DNA of 31,201 bases from Allobaculum fili (GTDB taxonomy: Bacteria; Bacillota_I; Bacilli_A; Erysipelotrichales; Erysipelotrichaceae): contig NZ_JAHDSX010000028.1 in NCBI RefSeq assembly GCF_020969955.1, positions 1 through 31,201 of the forward strand, given 5' to 3'. Made by a program: the position numbers and the translations under genes. The notes under the pieces are model-generated. The model made no database searches, was not told the DNA's origin, and saw only the letters and a list, made by a program, of their open reading frames with translations. Of the stretch, positions 1 through 8,898 are shown in pieces; the stretch's first letter is position 1; every line of letters begins with the position of its first letter.

Positions 1-120
1 TTTGGAAAGGGGGAAAAATGACCCCCTTCAAGCTCCGCTGGATTATGGCCTGAAGGGCCCGCGATTTTTGTCAATAATCTCATTTGTACAAGTTTTGAAA
101 CTTCCTAAACTTCCTGCCAC

Positions 121-155
121 AAAAAAAAGACAAATTATCTCAAATGGATAATTTG
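121..155 (-). terminator. Putative rho-independent terminator downstream of rqcH
   Basis: Perfect 9-bp inverted repeat CAAATTATC/GATAATTTG (131-139 and 147-155). On the minus strand it is followed by TCTTTTTTTT, the complement of the A8 run at 121-128. The stem is AT-rich and lies about 175 nt past the stop codon. Confidence 0.5.
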
Positions 156-331
156 GCAATCTACAAAACCGTTAACCGAATGGCATTGTCTTCGAACTGA
201 ATTCTCAGGAATTCGAAACGAAGACGTTTATCTTTTATCTAAAGCAAATTTGGACGGAGCAGGAAAGCTGTGTCAGAAAAGGTGAGGCAGCTTGAGAAAC
301 TGCTTTCCGGGCGCTATGCGGAACGTACGAA

Positions 332-1993
332 TTACTGTTCGTTTTCCGACAGATCGAGACGCGCCTTTCCGGTTTTAAGCGCCGTTTCGATGACATGCGC
401 ATCCGGATCGATATAAATGGTTTTGAACGATTTCATCGTCGTAAAGCCGGGGCCTTTTCCCGGAACCTTCCTGAGCTGGTTAATCCGGGTGTAGTCGACC
501 GGCACGCTCGAAGAATAGCGGCCTTTGGAAAACCAGGCGGCCAGCATGGCGCAGAAGCGAATTTCTTCTTCACTCGGATGTTCGCTCTGCAGCACGACAT
601 GGGAGCCGTGATAATCCTTGACGTGAAACCAGAGATCGCTGCGTCTGGCCAGCGTCCAGGTAATGTACTGGTTCTGGAGATTGTTCTTGCCGGCGTAAAT
701 GGTCGAATCGCCCATTTTCAGAACGACGATATTGGGCATCTTTTTCTTCTTGCGCCGCATCGCATCTTTTTTGAGATGCAGAACATGCCGGTCCGCCAGT
801 TCCTGGCGGATTTCCAGAACGTCATCGGCGCTGCAGTATTTGAGCTGCTCGGCAAGCATCTGGAAGTATTCGAGCTGATTGGCGCACTGCTCCACCTGCT
901 CGGCGAGAATTTCGCGACCGCGCTTAAGCTTGCGGTACCTGTGATAGTAAATGTTCGCGTTGTCCTTGATCGAATAGCGCGGATCCAGATCGATTTCCAG
1001 CTTATCGCCGGTATCGAACGATTCCAGCGTCACGTGCGAAGACTTTGGCAGATCGAGATGGGCAAACAGCGCGTCGCCGATCTGACGCATTTCGTCATAC
1101 CCGTACGATTCTTCCAGCGACTCTTCCAGACGCGGGAGCTTTTTGGACAGCTTGCGGATTTCTCGATCCACGGCTTTGAAGACATCGCCGCACTGCAGGG
1201 AAATGCGCCGGCGGTTTTCATCGGCTTCAAACTGCGTTTCCAGCCCTTCCATCAGGGGGAGGGACGTCCAGGGCGTCTGGAGATGTTCAAAGGGAAGCAC
1301 ATGGAATTCCTTGCCGGTCCGATACAGAAGATCGGAATGCGTCATCTCGTCGTAAATTTCTTCATACGTCTGTCCGTTTTGCATGCGGTACAGAAATTCA
1401 CGGGAAAGCGCGGGCGAAAAGCCTTCAATCTGGCTGACCAGTGAACGGTCCGGATCGATCGTAACCGGCGGTTCGGGCATCTGCCGTTCCGGTTTTTGCG
1501 GCAGCGTGTAAAGCGCCCCCGGATGCAGCAGACGCTTGGAATTTTCGTAGACCGGAATTCGCTTGAGACAGTCGATAATTGTCTGGTCTCTGGAATCGAC
1601 GAGAATCAGGTTGGCATATTTGCCCATCATTTCCGCATACAGATCGTATTCGACGCGATCGGAAAACTCATTGGACGCCACGATATGAAAACGGACTATC
1701 CGGTCGTATCCCATCTGTTCAATGGCTGTGATATAGCCCTGCGAAATGCGTTTGCGCAAAAGCATGACAAAGGGGGAAGGATTGGGCAGAACGTCCTTGT
1801 TTTTTTCGTCCAGATAAAGACGGCACGTGTTGGAATGCGCGCAAAGCGCCAGCCTGGCGCTGCCTTTTTGCGGCTTATGCAAGAAGAGCAGAATCTCTTC
1901 ATCGCTAAGACTCTGAATTTTTCCAATTTTGGCTCCTTCGTATTCCTGAAGCTTATTTACGACGCGTGAAAGCAGAAGACCGTCAAAGGGCAT
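332..1993 (-). CDS. rqcH: RqcH / FbpA-family NFACT protein (ribosome-associated quality control factor)
   Basis: 553-aa ORF. The N-terminus MPFDGLLL... has an NFACT-N-like layout, followed by a coiled-coil middle and a C-terminal DUF814-like block (WFHVKDYHGSHVVL). AAGGAGG lies 7 nt upstream of the ATG. Confidence 0.85.
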   Translation of the reverse strand: MPFDGLLLSRVVNKLQEYEGAKIGKIQSLSDEEILLFLHKPQKGSARLALCAHSNTCRLYLDEKNKDVLPNPSPFVMLLRKRISQGYITAIEQMGYDRIVRFHIVASNEFSDRVEYDLYAEMMGKYANLILVDSRDQTIIDCLKRIPVYENSKRLLHPGALYTLPQKPERQMPEPPVTIDPDRSLVSQIEGFSPALSREFLYRMQNGQTYEEIYDEMTHSDLLYRTGKEFHVLPFEHLQTPWTSLPLMEGLETQFEADENRRRISLQCGDVFKAVDREIRKLSKKLPRLEESLEESYGYDEMRQIGDALFAHLDLPKSSHVTLESFDTGDKLEIDLDPRYSIKDNANIYYHRYRKLKRGREILAEQVEQCANQLEYFQMLAEQLKYCSADDVLEIRQELADRHVLHLKKDAMRRKKKKMPNIVVLKMGDSTIYAGKNNLQNQYITWTLARRSDLWFHVKDYHGSHVVLQSEHPSEEEIRFCAMLAAWFSKGRYSSSVPVDYTRINQLRKVPGKGPGFTTMKSFKTIYIDPDAHVIETALKTGKARLDLSENEQ

Positions 1994-2072
1994 ACGCCTA
2001 CCTCCTTGTCCGCTTGGGACTGATTTTTATAAAAGAAATGCAGAAATTTCTTCAAATCCTGAATTCTCGTAT

Positions 2073-2100
2073 AGTATAGAGAAAATCCTGATGCAAACAA
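2073..2100 (-). promoter_or_regulatory. Candidate sigma-A promoter for rqcH
   Basis: On the minus strand: TTGTTT (-35, 2100-2095), a 16-nt spacer, then TATACT (-10, 2078-2073), about 80 nt upstream of the rqcH ATG. Confidence 0.3.
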
Positions 2101-2497
2101 AACGACAGGAAAATAGAGCAGCGCAGCCGCATACGCCAGCGTCTGGCGGGGGCAGCGGTTCTTTTCCTGTTCTGCGGCTTTTCTTACAGCAGCTATGCGT
2201 CAATGGACGTGCGGCATAGGAATGGAAGTTCGCAGATTCCCGTTTTAAAATCGCGGTATTTTCCCGTTCTGGCTTCAGAGTTTCTGGAAGAGCACGAAAT
2301 TCCGTATTTTTCATTCGGCCGGTTTTCTTTTTTACTGGTCTGGCTCACGCCAATCCGAAAAAGAAACGAATACGAAACATGCCTTAAACAATACAGAAGC
2401 GGATGAGCAGCTGTGAATGGTCTGTGCAAACAGAGCAGCCTTCAGCCAGAACGTGCAGGAAAGCGCAAATTAAAATCAGACAGAAGGAAGGATTACA

Positions 2498-3070
2498 ATG
2501 AACGACACAAAACACGATGCCCGCATTTACATTCTCAGCGGCCCAAGCGGGGTAGGAAAGCGGACGATCCGGGAAAATCTCGACATGGATGCGCTGAATA
2601 TGGTCAATTCCGTATCGTGGACCACGCGCGATCCGCGCCCGGAAGACATCGAAGGCGTTACCTATCATTTCGCAACGCCGGAAGAATTTGAAAAAGCCGC
2701 AGCCAATGATGAATTTGCGGAACACGCCGGCTTTGCCGATCACGCGTATGGAACCCCGCGTTCGGAAATCGAGAAAAACCGGAAAGCTGGACGCAATGTC
2801 ATGCTCGAAATTGAAGTGCAGGGCGCGAAACAGGTCATGAACAACTACCCGGAAGCCGTTTCGATTTTCCTCGTTCCGCCTACGCTTGAAGATCTTGAAA
2901 ACCGTCTGCGCAGCCGGAGCACGGAATCGGAAGAAGCCATTCAGGCAAGACTTGCCAGAGCCAGAGAAGAAATGGCCATGCAGGGTGAATACCAGTATGT
3001 CGTTGTCAACGACGACGCGCAGAGAGCGGCCGATGAAGTGGCATCCATCATCCGAAAGACAGCGCTCTAA
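2498..3070 (+). CDS. gmk: Guanylate kinase
   Basis: 190-aa ORF with P-loop GPSGVGK and typical Gmk blocks (SVSWTTRDPRPEDIEGVTYHF, YGTPRSEIE, LEIEVQGA). GGAAGGA ribosome-binding site upstream. Confidence 0.9.
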   Translation: MNDTKHDARIYILSGPSGVGKRTIRENLDMDALNMVNSVSWTTRDPRPEDIEGVTYHFATPEEFEKAAANDEFAEHAGFADHAYGTPRSEIEKNRKAGRNVMLEIEVQGAKQVMNNYPEAVSIFLVPPTLEDLENRLRSRSTESEEAIQARLARAREEMAMQGEYQYVVVNDDAQRAADEVASIIRKTAL

Positions 3071-3128
3071 AAAGGCAAGAATAAAGGGAAAATCACTTCT
3101 TTGCCCATTGACTTTTCAGGGCCTTTGC

Positions 3129-3157
3129 TTGAAGGTCCTTGCCTGCAGTGCTAAACT
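3129..3157 (+). promoter_or_regulatory. Candidate promoter of the rimP-nusA-infB operon
   Basis: TTGAAG (3129-3134), a 17-nt spacer ending in TGc (extended -10), then TAAACT (3152-3157). Confidence 0.45.
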
Positions 3158-3177
3158 GATCGTGTTATCAATCCCAA

Positions 3178-3206
3178 GGGAGCGGACATCCGCTCCCTTC
3201 GATTTT
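3178..3206 (+). terminator. Leader intrinsic terminator (attenuator) upstream of rimP
   Basis: Perfect 8-bp stem GGGAGCGG/CCGCTCCC with loop ACAT (3178-3197), followed by TTCGATTTT. It lies between the candidate promoter and the rimP ribosome-binding site (AAGGAGAG, 3209-3216). Confidence 0.55.
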
Positions 3207-3219
3207 GTAAGGAGAGAGA

Positions 3220-3678
3220 ATGGATAATCTGAAAACCCTGATTGAGCCTGCCCTGAAAGAAAAGGGCTGCATGTTGTATGAGCTCGAATGGGACACCAAA
3301 ATGAGGCCCCCGATTCTTCGCGTCATGATCGACCGTGAAGACGAGCCCATTGATCTCGACATCTGCGCCGAGTGTTCCGAAGCACTTTCCGTGCTGTTAG
3401 ACGAAGCGGACGCGATCCCTGGCGAATATATGCTGGAAGTATGCTCCCCAGGCGCTGAACGGCTCCTGAAAACCGAAAAGCAGATCCAGAACCAGGTCGG
3501 CAAGTATGTACGGATCGAACTGATCCAGGAGCAGGATCACGTCAAGGAAATTTTCGGCAAACTCGATGCGGCGGATGAGAACGAACTGAAAATCAGCACG
3601 TTTATCAAGGGCCGTCCGAAAAAATACCAGGTCAGACGAGACAATATCGCGCACATTCGCAGCGCTGTAAAAGTTTAA
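3220..3678 (+). CDS. rimP: Ribosome maturation factor RimP
   Basis: 152-aa ORF directly upstream of nusA. It has the RimP-like pattern (LYELEW...LRVMIDRED, YMLEVCSPGAERLLK, GKYVRI) and a strong ribosome-binding site. Confidence 0.85.
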   Translation: MDNLKTLIEPALKEKGCMLYELEWDTKMRPPILRVMIDREDEPIDLDICAECSEALSVLLDEADAIPGEYMLEVCSPGAERLLKTEKQIQNQVGKYVRIELIQEQDHVKEIFGKLDAADENELKISTFIKGRPKKYQVRRDNIAHIRSAVKV

Positions 3679-3691
3679 TACAGAGGAAGAT

Positions 3692-5530
3692 ATGCCTAAC
3701 AAAGCAATGAAAGAAAAGAAACCAACAAAAACCAAACGCAATTCAAAATCCAGGGAACTCGAAGCGGATGCAAAAACAGCGCAGGAAGCGCTCGAAGCCA
3801 TCAAGTCCTTCCGCAATCTCTCGCCGGAAGTTCTTACCTCCGCTCTCAATGACGCCATCGAAGTCGGCTACCGCAAATCCCACGGTCTGAAAACCGCGAG
3901 AATTCGTACCGAACTCGATCCCAAGGGCGGCCTGAAGGCCTTCCGGATCTGGGACGTTGTGGAAACGGTAGAAGATCCGGAAACCCAGCTCGATGTCGAA
4001 GAAGCCAAGGACATTACCCCAAATCCGATCGTGGGCCAGGTTCTTGAAGAAGAAGCCGATATCGAAGACTTCGTTCGCAACGATATCTCGACCGTAAAGA
4101 GCGTTATGCTCCAGAAATTCAAGGATGCTGAAAAACAGGAAATTTTTGAAGAGTACCGTGACCGCGTCAGCGACATGGTCGACGGTCTGATTCATTCCGT
4201 AGAAAATAATTTCGTCATGGTTCGTCTGGGCGCCGATCAGGAAGGCAAGCTTCAGCCCGGTGCAACCGACGCCGTCATGCGCAAATCTGACCAGATTCCT
4301 GGTGAAGAGTACATCGAAGGCAAAATGATCCGCGTGGTCATCACAAAAGTCGACAAGGAATCCAAGGGCGCCATGGTAATGGTCAGCCGTTCCTGCAACG
4401 ACATGATCAAGCGCCTGTTTGAAAAGGAAGTCGCCGAAATTTCTTCCGGAACGATCGAAATCAAGGCGATCGCCCGCGACCCGGGACTCCGCGCCAAGAT
4501 GGCCGTCATTTCCAACAACGAAAACATCGATCCGATCGGTGCCTGCATCGGTCCGGGCGGAAGCCGTGTCCGTGCAGTATCTTCGAATCTGAACGGGGAG
4601 AAAATCGACATTTTCGAATGGTCCGACGATCTGCAGCAGCTCGTAGCCAACGCGCTCTCGCCTGCGCAGGGTGTTCAGATTTTCCCGCATGAAAAAGCCG
4701 CCGATAAACTCGGCAGCGAAAAAGTCCGCCGCTCCACACGCGACCGCAATCCGAACGACGATTCCCGTACGCTGGTTGCTGCCGTACCAGACAATCAGCT
4801 GTCCCTGGCCATCGGCAAAAAAGGACAGAACGCCCGTCTGGCGTACAAGCTGACTGGCTACCGCATCGATATCCGCTCCCAGAGCGAACTCGATGAACTT
4901 GGTATCGACTGGAGAGGGTACGTAGAAGAAATGCATCGCGAGTACGAAGAAAAGAAAGCCCGCGAACGCGCCTACAAGCAGCAGAAGCGTATCGAAGAAC
5001 TGCAGAACTCCAACGAACCGACCGCCAATATCGCCGATGTAGCCGACTACGACTACGATGTCGATTACGACGATCGTCACCTCGACCGCATGGATACGCT
5101 CGCCAGCCGCGAAGCGCAGTACGAAAGCGAAGCCGAACCGGCAAACGAAGCGCCGAAAACCGCAGAGTCCAGTGTCAGCGTTAAGGAAAAGGAACTCGAC
5201 GAAATGGAAGAAGCGGCACGCATCGCCAAGGAAAAACGCAAATCGCTCAGCGAAAAGCGTACGACGTACGTGTCCAAGTTTGAATCTGCTGCCGAAGCGC
5301 CAAAAGCTGAACCCGCAAAACCCGCTAAACCTTCCAAAGGCAAGGATGACGCGAAAAAAGAAAAAGACGAGCGCCGCAAGGAACGCAAGAAACCGGCCTT
5401 CAACGTACTTCATCCGATTTACACCGATGAAGAGCTCGCTGAAATCGAAGACAACGAAATCGAAGAAGAAGAAAATCGTTACAGCGACGATATCGACTAC
5501 GAAGATTACGATTCCTACTACGAAGAATAA
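3692..5530 (+). CDS. nusA: Transcription termination/antitermination factor NusA, with atypical extensions
   Basis: 612-aa ORF. NusA N-terminal, S1 and KH1/KH2 blocks are recognisable (GACIGPGGSRVRAV, QLSLAIGKKGQNARLAYKLTGYRIDIRS). It also carries a Lys-rich N-terminal extension and a K/E/D/Y-rich C-terminal tail of about 200 aa. Confidence 0.9.
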   Translation: MPNKAMKEKKPTKTKRNSKSRELEADAKTAQEALEAIKSFRNLSPEVLTSALNDAIEVGYRKSHGLKTARIRTELDPKGGLKAFRIWDVVETVEDPETQLDVEEAKDITPNPIVGQVLEEEADIEDFVRNDISTVKSVMLQKFKDAEKQEIFEEYRDRVSDMVDGLIHSVENNFVMVRLGADQEGKLQPGATDAVMRKSDQIPGEEYIEGKMIRVVITKVDKESKGAMVMVSRSCNDMIKRLFEKEVAEISSGTIEIKAIARDPGLRAKMAVISNNENIDPIGACIGPGGSRVRAVSSNLNGEKIDIFEWSDDLQQLVANALSPAQGVQIFPHEKAADKLGSEKVRRSTRDRNPNDDSRTLVAAVPDNQLSLAIGKKGQNARLAYKLTGYRIDIRSQSELDELGIDWRGYVEEMHREYEEKKARERAYKQQKRIEELQNSNEPTANIADVADYDYDVDYDDRHLDRMDTLASREAQYESEAEPANEAPKTAESSVSVKEKELDEMEEAARIAKEKRKSLSEKRTTYVSKFESAAEAPKAEPAKPAKPSKGKDDAKKEKDERRKERKKPAFNVLHPIYTDEELAEIEDNEIEEEENRYSDDIDYEDYDSYYEE

Positions 5531-5785
5531 GCGGATCGCTTCTTCTTCTGAAAACTTGCACAGACCTGTATTCCAAGGACAGCACAGGCTATTTCTTTTC
5601 AAAACCTGTGTGTCTGTGTAAACTTGTCAAAGCGGTCTGAAAGACCGCAAGTCAGGCAGAGACAGCCTTAGCCTGATGGCATATCCATATTCTGAATTTG
5701 ATTTCCATCCCAGGAGGGGGAATCCAATCCGAAACTGGAACCGAATATGCCAAGTAAGCCCTGACTGGAAAGGAGATCGATCGCC

Positions 5786-6046
5786 ATGAGAAAAATTCCG
5801 ATGAGAAAATGCGTCGTGACGCAGGAGAGATTTCCCAAAAAGGATCTGATCCGGGTCGTGCACACCCCGGAAGGGGAAGTGCTCGTCGACGCGACCGGCA
5901 AGAAAAACGGCCGCGGCGCCTATATCCAGAAATCTATGGAAACGCTGGAAAAAGCCAAAAAGAACAAAGCGCTCGCCAGAGCCCTCGAGTGTGAGATTCC
6001 AGATGCGGTCTATGAAAAACTGGAGCTGATGATCCGTGCCGGCTGA
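5786..6046 (+). CDS. ylxR: YlxR/RnpM-family (DUF448) RNA-binding protein
   Basis: 86-aa ORF with MRKIPMRKCVVTQERFPKKDLIRVV...GKKNGRGAYI, the hallmark of YlxR. It occupies the conserved position after nusA. Confidence 0.85.
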   Translation: MRKIPMRKCVVTQERFPKKDLIRVVHTPEGEVLVDATGKKNGRGAYIQKSMETLEKAKKNKALARALECEIPDAVYEKLELMIRAG

Positions 6047-6380
6047 TGCGACGGTTTCTCTTTTAGGACTCTGTATTCGAGCCGGAAAGTTTGCTAAAGG
6101 CGATGCCCTGATTCCCGCAATCTCTTCCAGAAAAGCAAAAGCGGTCGTAATCAGTTCCGCCTGCGGTGCAAACCGGACGAAAAAACTGCATGACAAATGT
6201 TCGTTTTATTCCATACCGTGCTACACCCTCGAAGCCGATCGCTACGATCAGCTTGGCAGCAAAGCCGGAAATTCCATCGCCATTCTCGACGCCGGATTTG
6301 CCAGAGGGATCGAAAAGTACTTAACGCCCGATCCCCTCGCCAAACGTGAAGAAACGCAGGATGGAGAATCTTTGTCATAA
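6036..6380 (+). CDS. ylxQ: L7Ae-family ribosomal-protein-like RNA-binding protein YlxQ
   Basis: 114-aa ORF with a GTG start that overlaps the ylxR stop. LLGLCIRAGKFAKGDALI...AKAVVISSACGANRTKKLHDKCSFYSIPCY matches the YlxQ/L7Ae pattern. The exact start is uncertain. Confidence 0.8.
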   Translation: MPADATVSLLGLCIRAGKFAKGDALIPAISSRKAKAVVISSACGANRTKKLHDKCSFYSIPCYTLEADRYDQLGSKAGNSIAILDAGFARGIEKYLTPDPLAKREETQDGESLS

Positions 6381-6507
6381 AAAGAATTTACAAATTCCCT
6401 TCGCAAGTCTGTCTATTTCGATGTTCGTACTGGAGTGATTCAAGCTTGAGTACATTCCGAGTACGCCGTAAAAGACAGAAGAGCGAAGTCTTCCCAGAAG
6501 CATAGGA

Positions 6508-6552
6508 AAAACAGACTGTCCGCCTTTGGACAGAACTTCTGTTTTCGTTTTT
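6508..6552 (+). terminator. Intra-operon terminator-like hairpin upstream of infB
   Basis: Outer stem AAAACAGA/TCTGTTTT encloses inner stem CTGTCC/GGACAG, followed by CGTTTTT. The infB ribosome-binding site and ATG follow within 20 nt. Confidence 0.4.
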
Positions 6553-6571
6553 AGAAAAGGATGGTGATTGA

Positions 6572-8452
6572 ATGGCCAATAAGCCAGCAAGACGCAAGCC
6601 GGGAAACAATAACCGGAATCGTAACAACAACAATCGCGGAGGATCGCGCAATAACAATAACAACCGCCCTTCCAGACCGAGAATCGAGTATCCAAAGGAA
6701 ATTACCTACTCGCTTCCGATCACGGTCGGTGAACTTGCCGAACTGATGAAAAGAAACTCATCTGAACTGATCAAGTTCCTTTTTCTGCTCGGTAACATGT
6801 GCACGATCAATACGCCGCTGAGCGATGACGAAATCGAACTGATTTCCGAAGAGTTCAAGGTGAAGGCCAACAAGGAAGTTGTTGTTGACGAAGATGATAT
6901 CGAAGACCAGATTGCCAACCGTGAATTCGATGAGAAAGATCTTAAACCGCGTCCGCCTGTTGTCACCATCATGGGTCATGTCGATCACGGAAAAACTACC
7001 CTGCTCGATACCATTCGTTCCGCCCACGTCGTAAAAGGCGAATTTGGCGGAATTACCCAGCACATCGGTGCCTACCAGGTCAGCCTGAACGGCCGTAAGG
7101 TTACGTTCCTGGATACGCCGGGTCACGAAGCGTTTACCGCCATGCGAGCTCGCGGTGCCCAGATTACCGATATCGTCGTTCTGATCGTCGCAGCCGATGA
7201 CGGTGTCATGCCGCAGACGAAAGAGTCGATCGACCACGCCCGTGCAGCCGGGGTACCAATCGTCGTTGCCGTCAACAAGATCGATAAACCAGGTGCCAAC
7301 CCGGACCGTGTCATGAGCGAACTCGCCAACGAGGGCGTCATGCCGGAAGAATGGGGCGGCGATACGATTTTCAACCAGATTTCCGCACGCAGCGGTCAGG
7401 GCGTAAACGACCTGCTCGAATCCCTGCTTCTCGTTGCCGATATGCAGGAGCTGAAAGCCAACCCGGATGCAGCCGCCAGCGGTACCGTTATTGAAGCCAA
7501 GCTCGATAAAGGCCGCGGACCGGTCGCTACGCTGCTCGTTCAGCAGGGTACGCTCCACTCCGGCGATTCTCTCGTTGCCGGAACCGCCTATGGCCGTATC
7601 CGTAAGATGACTTCGGATAAGGGTATGGAACTCAAGAGTGCAGGACCGTCGACTCCAGTCGAAATTATCGGTCTGAACGAAGTGCCGCGTGCAGGCGATG
7701 TGTTCATGGTTTACGATTCCTATAAAAAGGCTGCTGAGATTGCCGGTCACCGTCAGTCCAAGCAGATTGAATCGGAACGTGCTTCTTCCTCTGCCCGCTC
7801 TCTGGAAGATATGGCCCGCATGATCAGCGAAGGCGATATGAAGGAAATCAACGTCCTCATCAAAGCCGACGTTCAGGGTTCTGCAGAGGCCCTGAAAGCC
7901 TCGATCGAAAAGCTGGCTGTGGATACCGTCAAAGTCAACGTCATCCGTTCGACCGTCGGTTCCATCACCGAATCGGATATCATGCTCGCTTCCGCGTCGA
8001 ACGCCATCATTTACGGATTCAACATCCGTCCGACAGCAGCCGTTCGTAAGAAAGCGGAAGAAGAAGGCGTGGAAATCCGACTGCACAACATTATTTACAA
8101 GGCACTTGAAGAACTTGAAGGCCTGATGAAAGGCATGCTCGCCCCGGTTTACGAAGAAGTCGTTACCGGTCAGGCAGAAGTTCGTCAGATTTATAAGGCA
8201 TCCAAAGTCGGAACCATCGCTGGTTCGTACGTAACCGACGGCGTGATTCGCCATAACTCCTCATGCCGCCTGATCCGCGATGGCATTGTTGTCTACACCG
8301 GCAAGCTGGGATCCCTGCGTCGTTTCGATAAGGACGTGAAGGAAGTCAGCCAGGGCTTTGAATGCGGTATGACAATTGAAAACTTCAACGACATCAAAGT
8401 CGGCGATATCATTGAAGCTTTCGAAGATCAGGAAGTTAAAAATGACGCTTAA
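6572..8452 (+). CDS. infB: Translation initiation factor IF-2
   Basis: 626-aa ORF with G-domain motifs [20 protein letters not shown] and NKID, plus conserved C-terminal IF2 domains. The N-terminus is short and Asn/Arg-rich. Confidence 0.95.
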   Translation: MANKPARRKPGNNNRNRNNNNRGGSRNNNNNRPSRPRIEYPKEITYSLPITVGELAELMKRNSSELIKFLFLLGNMCTINTPLSDDEIELISEEFKVKANKEVVVDEDDIEDQIANREFDEKDLKPRPPVVTIMGHVDHGKTTLLDTIRSAHVVKGEFGGITQHIGAYQVSLNGRKVTFLDTPGHEAFTAMRARGAQITDIVVLIVAADDGVMPQTKESIDHARAAGVPIVVAVNKIDKPGANPDRVMSELANEGVMPEEWGGDTIFNQISARSGQGVNDLLESLLLVADMQELKANPDAAASGTVIEAKLDKGRGPVATLLVQQGTLHSGDSLVAGTAYGRIRKMTSDKGMELKSAGPSTPVEIIGLNEVPRAGDVFMVYDSYKKAAEIAGHRQSKQIESERASSSARSLEDMARMISEGDMKEINVLIKADVQGSAEALKASIEKLAVDTVKVNVIRSTVGSITESDIMLASASNAIIYGFNIRPTAAVRKKAEEEGVEIRLHNIIYKALEELEGLMKGMLAPVYEEVVTGQAEVRQIYKASKVGTIAGSYVTDGVIRHNSSCRLIRDGIVVYTGKLGSLRRFDKDVKEVSQGFECGMTIENFNDIKVGDIIEAFEDQEVKNDA

Positions 8453-8864
8453 ACAGGACAGAATGGATCAGATCCTCAAAAAGGAGATCAGTCGGATTCT
8501 TCAGTTCGAACTGAAAAACCCGAAACTCGGCTTCGTGACCGTTACGGATGTGGAATGCACCCGCGATATGTCGCAGGCGAAAGTATACGTCTCCTTTCTG
8601 GGAAAACAGGAACGCAATGATGCCGGAATGAAAGTGCTGCAGGCCTCGAAAGGCTTTATCCGCAGTACGCTCGCCCGCAACATCAAAGCGCGCAAGATGC
8701 CGGATTTGATTTTTGTTCAGGATACCTCTCTCGATCAGGGCCGCAAGATCGACTCGATTCTGAGTTCTCTGAATAAGAACAGCAGCGAAACCATGGCATC
8801 CAAAGAAGCCAGAGAAGCGAAAGCCCACGCGGCTGACGCAGAAGAGAAAACCGAAGAAAACTAA
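8442..8864 (+). CDS. rbfA: Ribosome-binding factor A
   Basis: The in-frame ATG at 8442 overlaps the infB stop (ATGACGCTTAA). [20 protein letters not shown]...[21 protein letters not shown] is the RbfA pattern. There is a charged C-terminal extension of about 25 aa. Confidence 0.85.
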   Translation: MTLKQDRMDQILKKEISRILQFELKNPKLGFVTVTDVECTRDMSQAKVYVSFLGKQERNDAGMKVLQASKGFIRSTLARNIKARKMPDLIFVQDTSLDQGRKIDSILSSLNKNSSETMASKEAREAKAHAADAEEKTEEN

Positions 8865-8898
8865 GGCTTTCTCTTCTGGACGCATTTGACCCATAGAA

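Noticed and set aside
1-120. GGGGG/CCCCC hairpin (about 8-31) and GGCC hairpin plus T-run (about 46-70) at the left edge
   Set aside because: They could be terminators of an upstream gene outside the window. Their strand and context cannot be established from the sequence available.
395-1444. 349-aa plus-strand ORF
   Set aside because: It lies entirely antisense to rqcH. The composition is that of a shadow ORF with no recognisable motifs, while rqcH on the other strand has clear family signatures.
3743-5602. 619-aa minus-strand ORF
   Set aside because: It is antisense to nusA. The product is F/V/G-rich low complexity, typical of the mirror frame of a GAA/AAA-rich gene. No ribosome-binding site and no motifs were found.
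6758-8254. 498-aa minus-strand ORF
   Set aside because: It is antisense to infB, whose GTPase motifs are unambiguous, so this is a shadow ORF.
8376-8441. Upstream in-frame extension of rbfA (start at 8376)
   Set aside because: The extension lies inside the end of infB and adds a non-homologous 22-aa peptide. The ATG at 8442 overlaps the infB stop and gives a canonical RbfA N-terminus.
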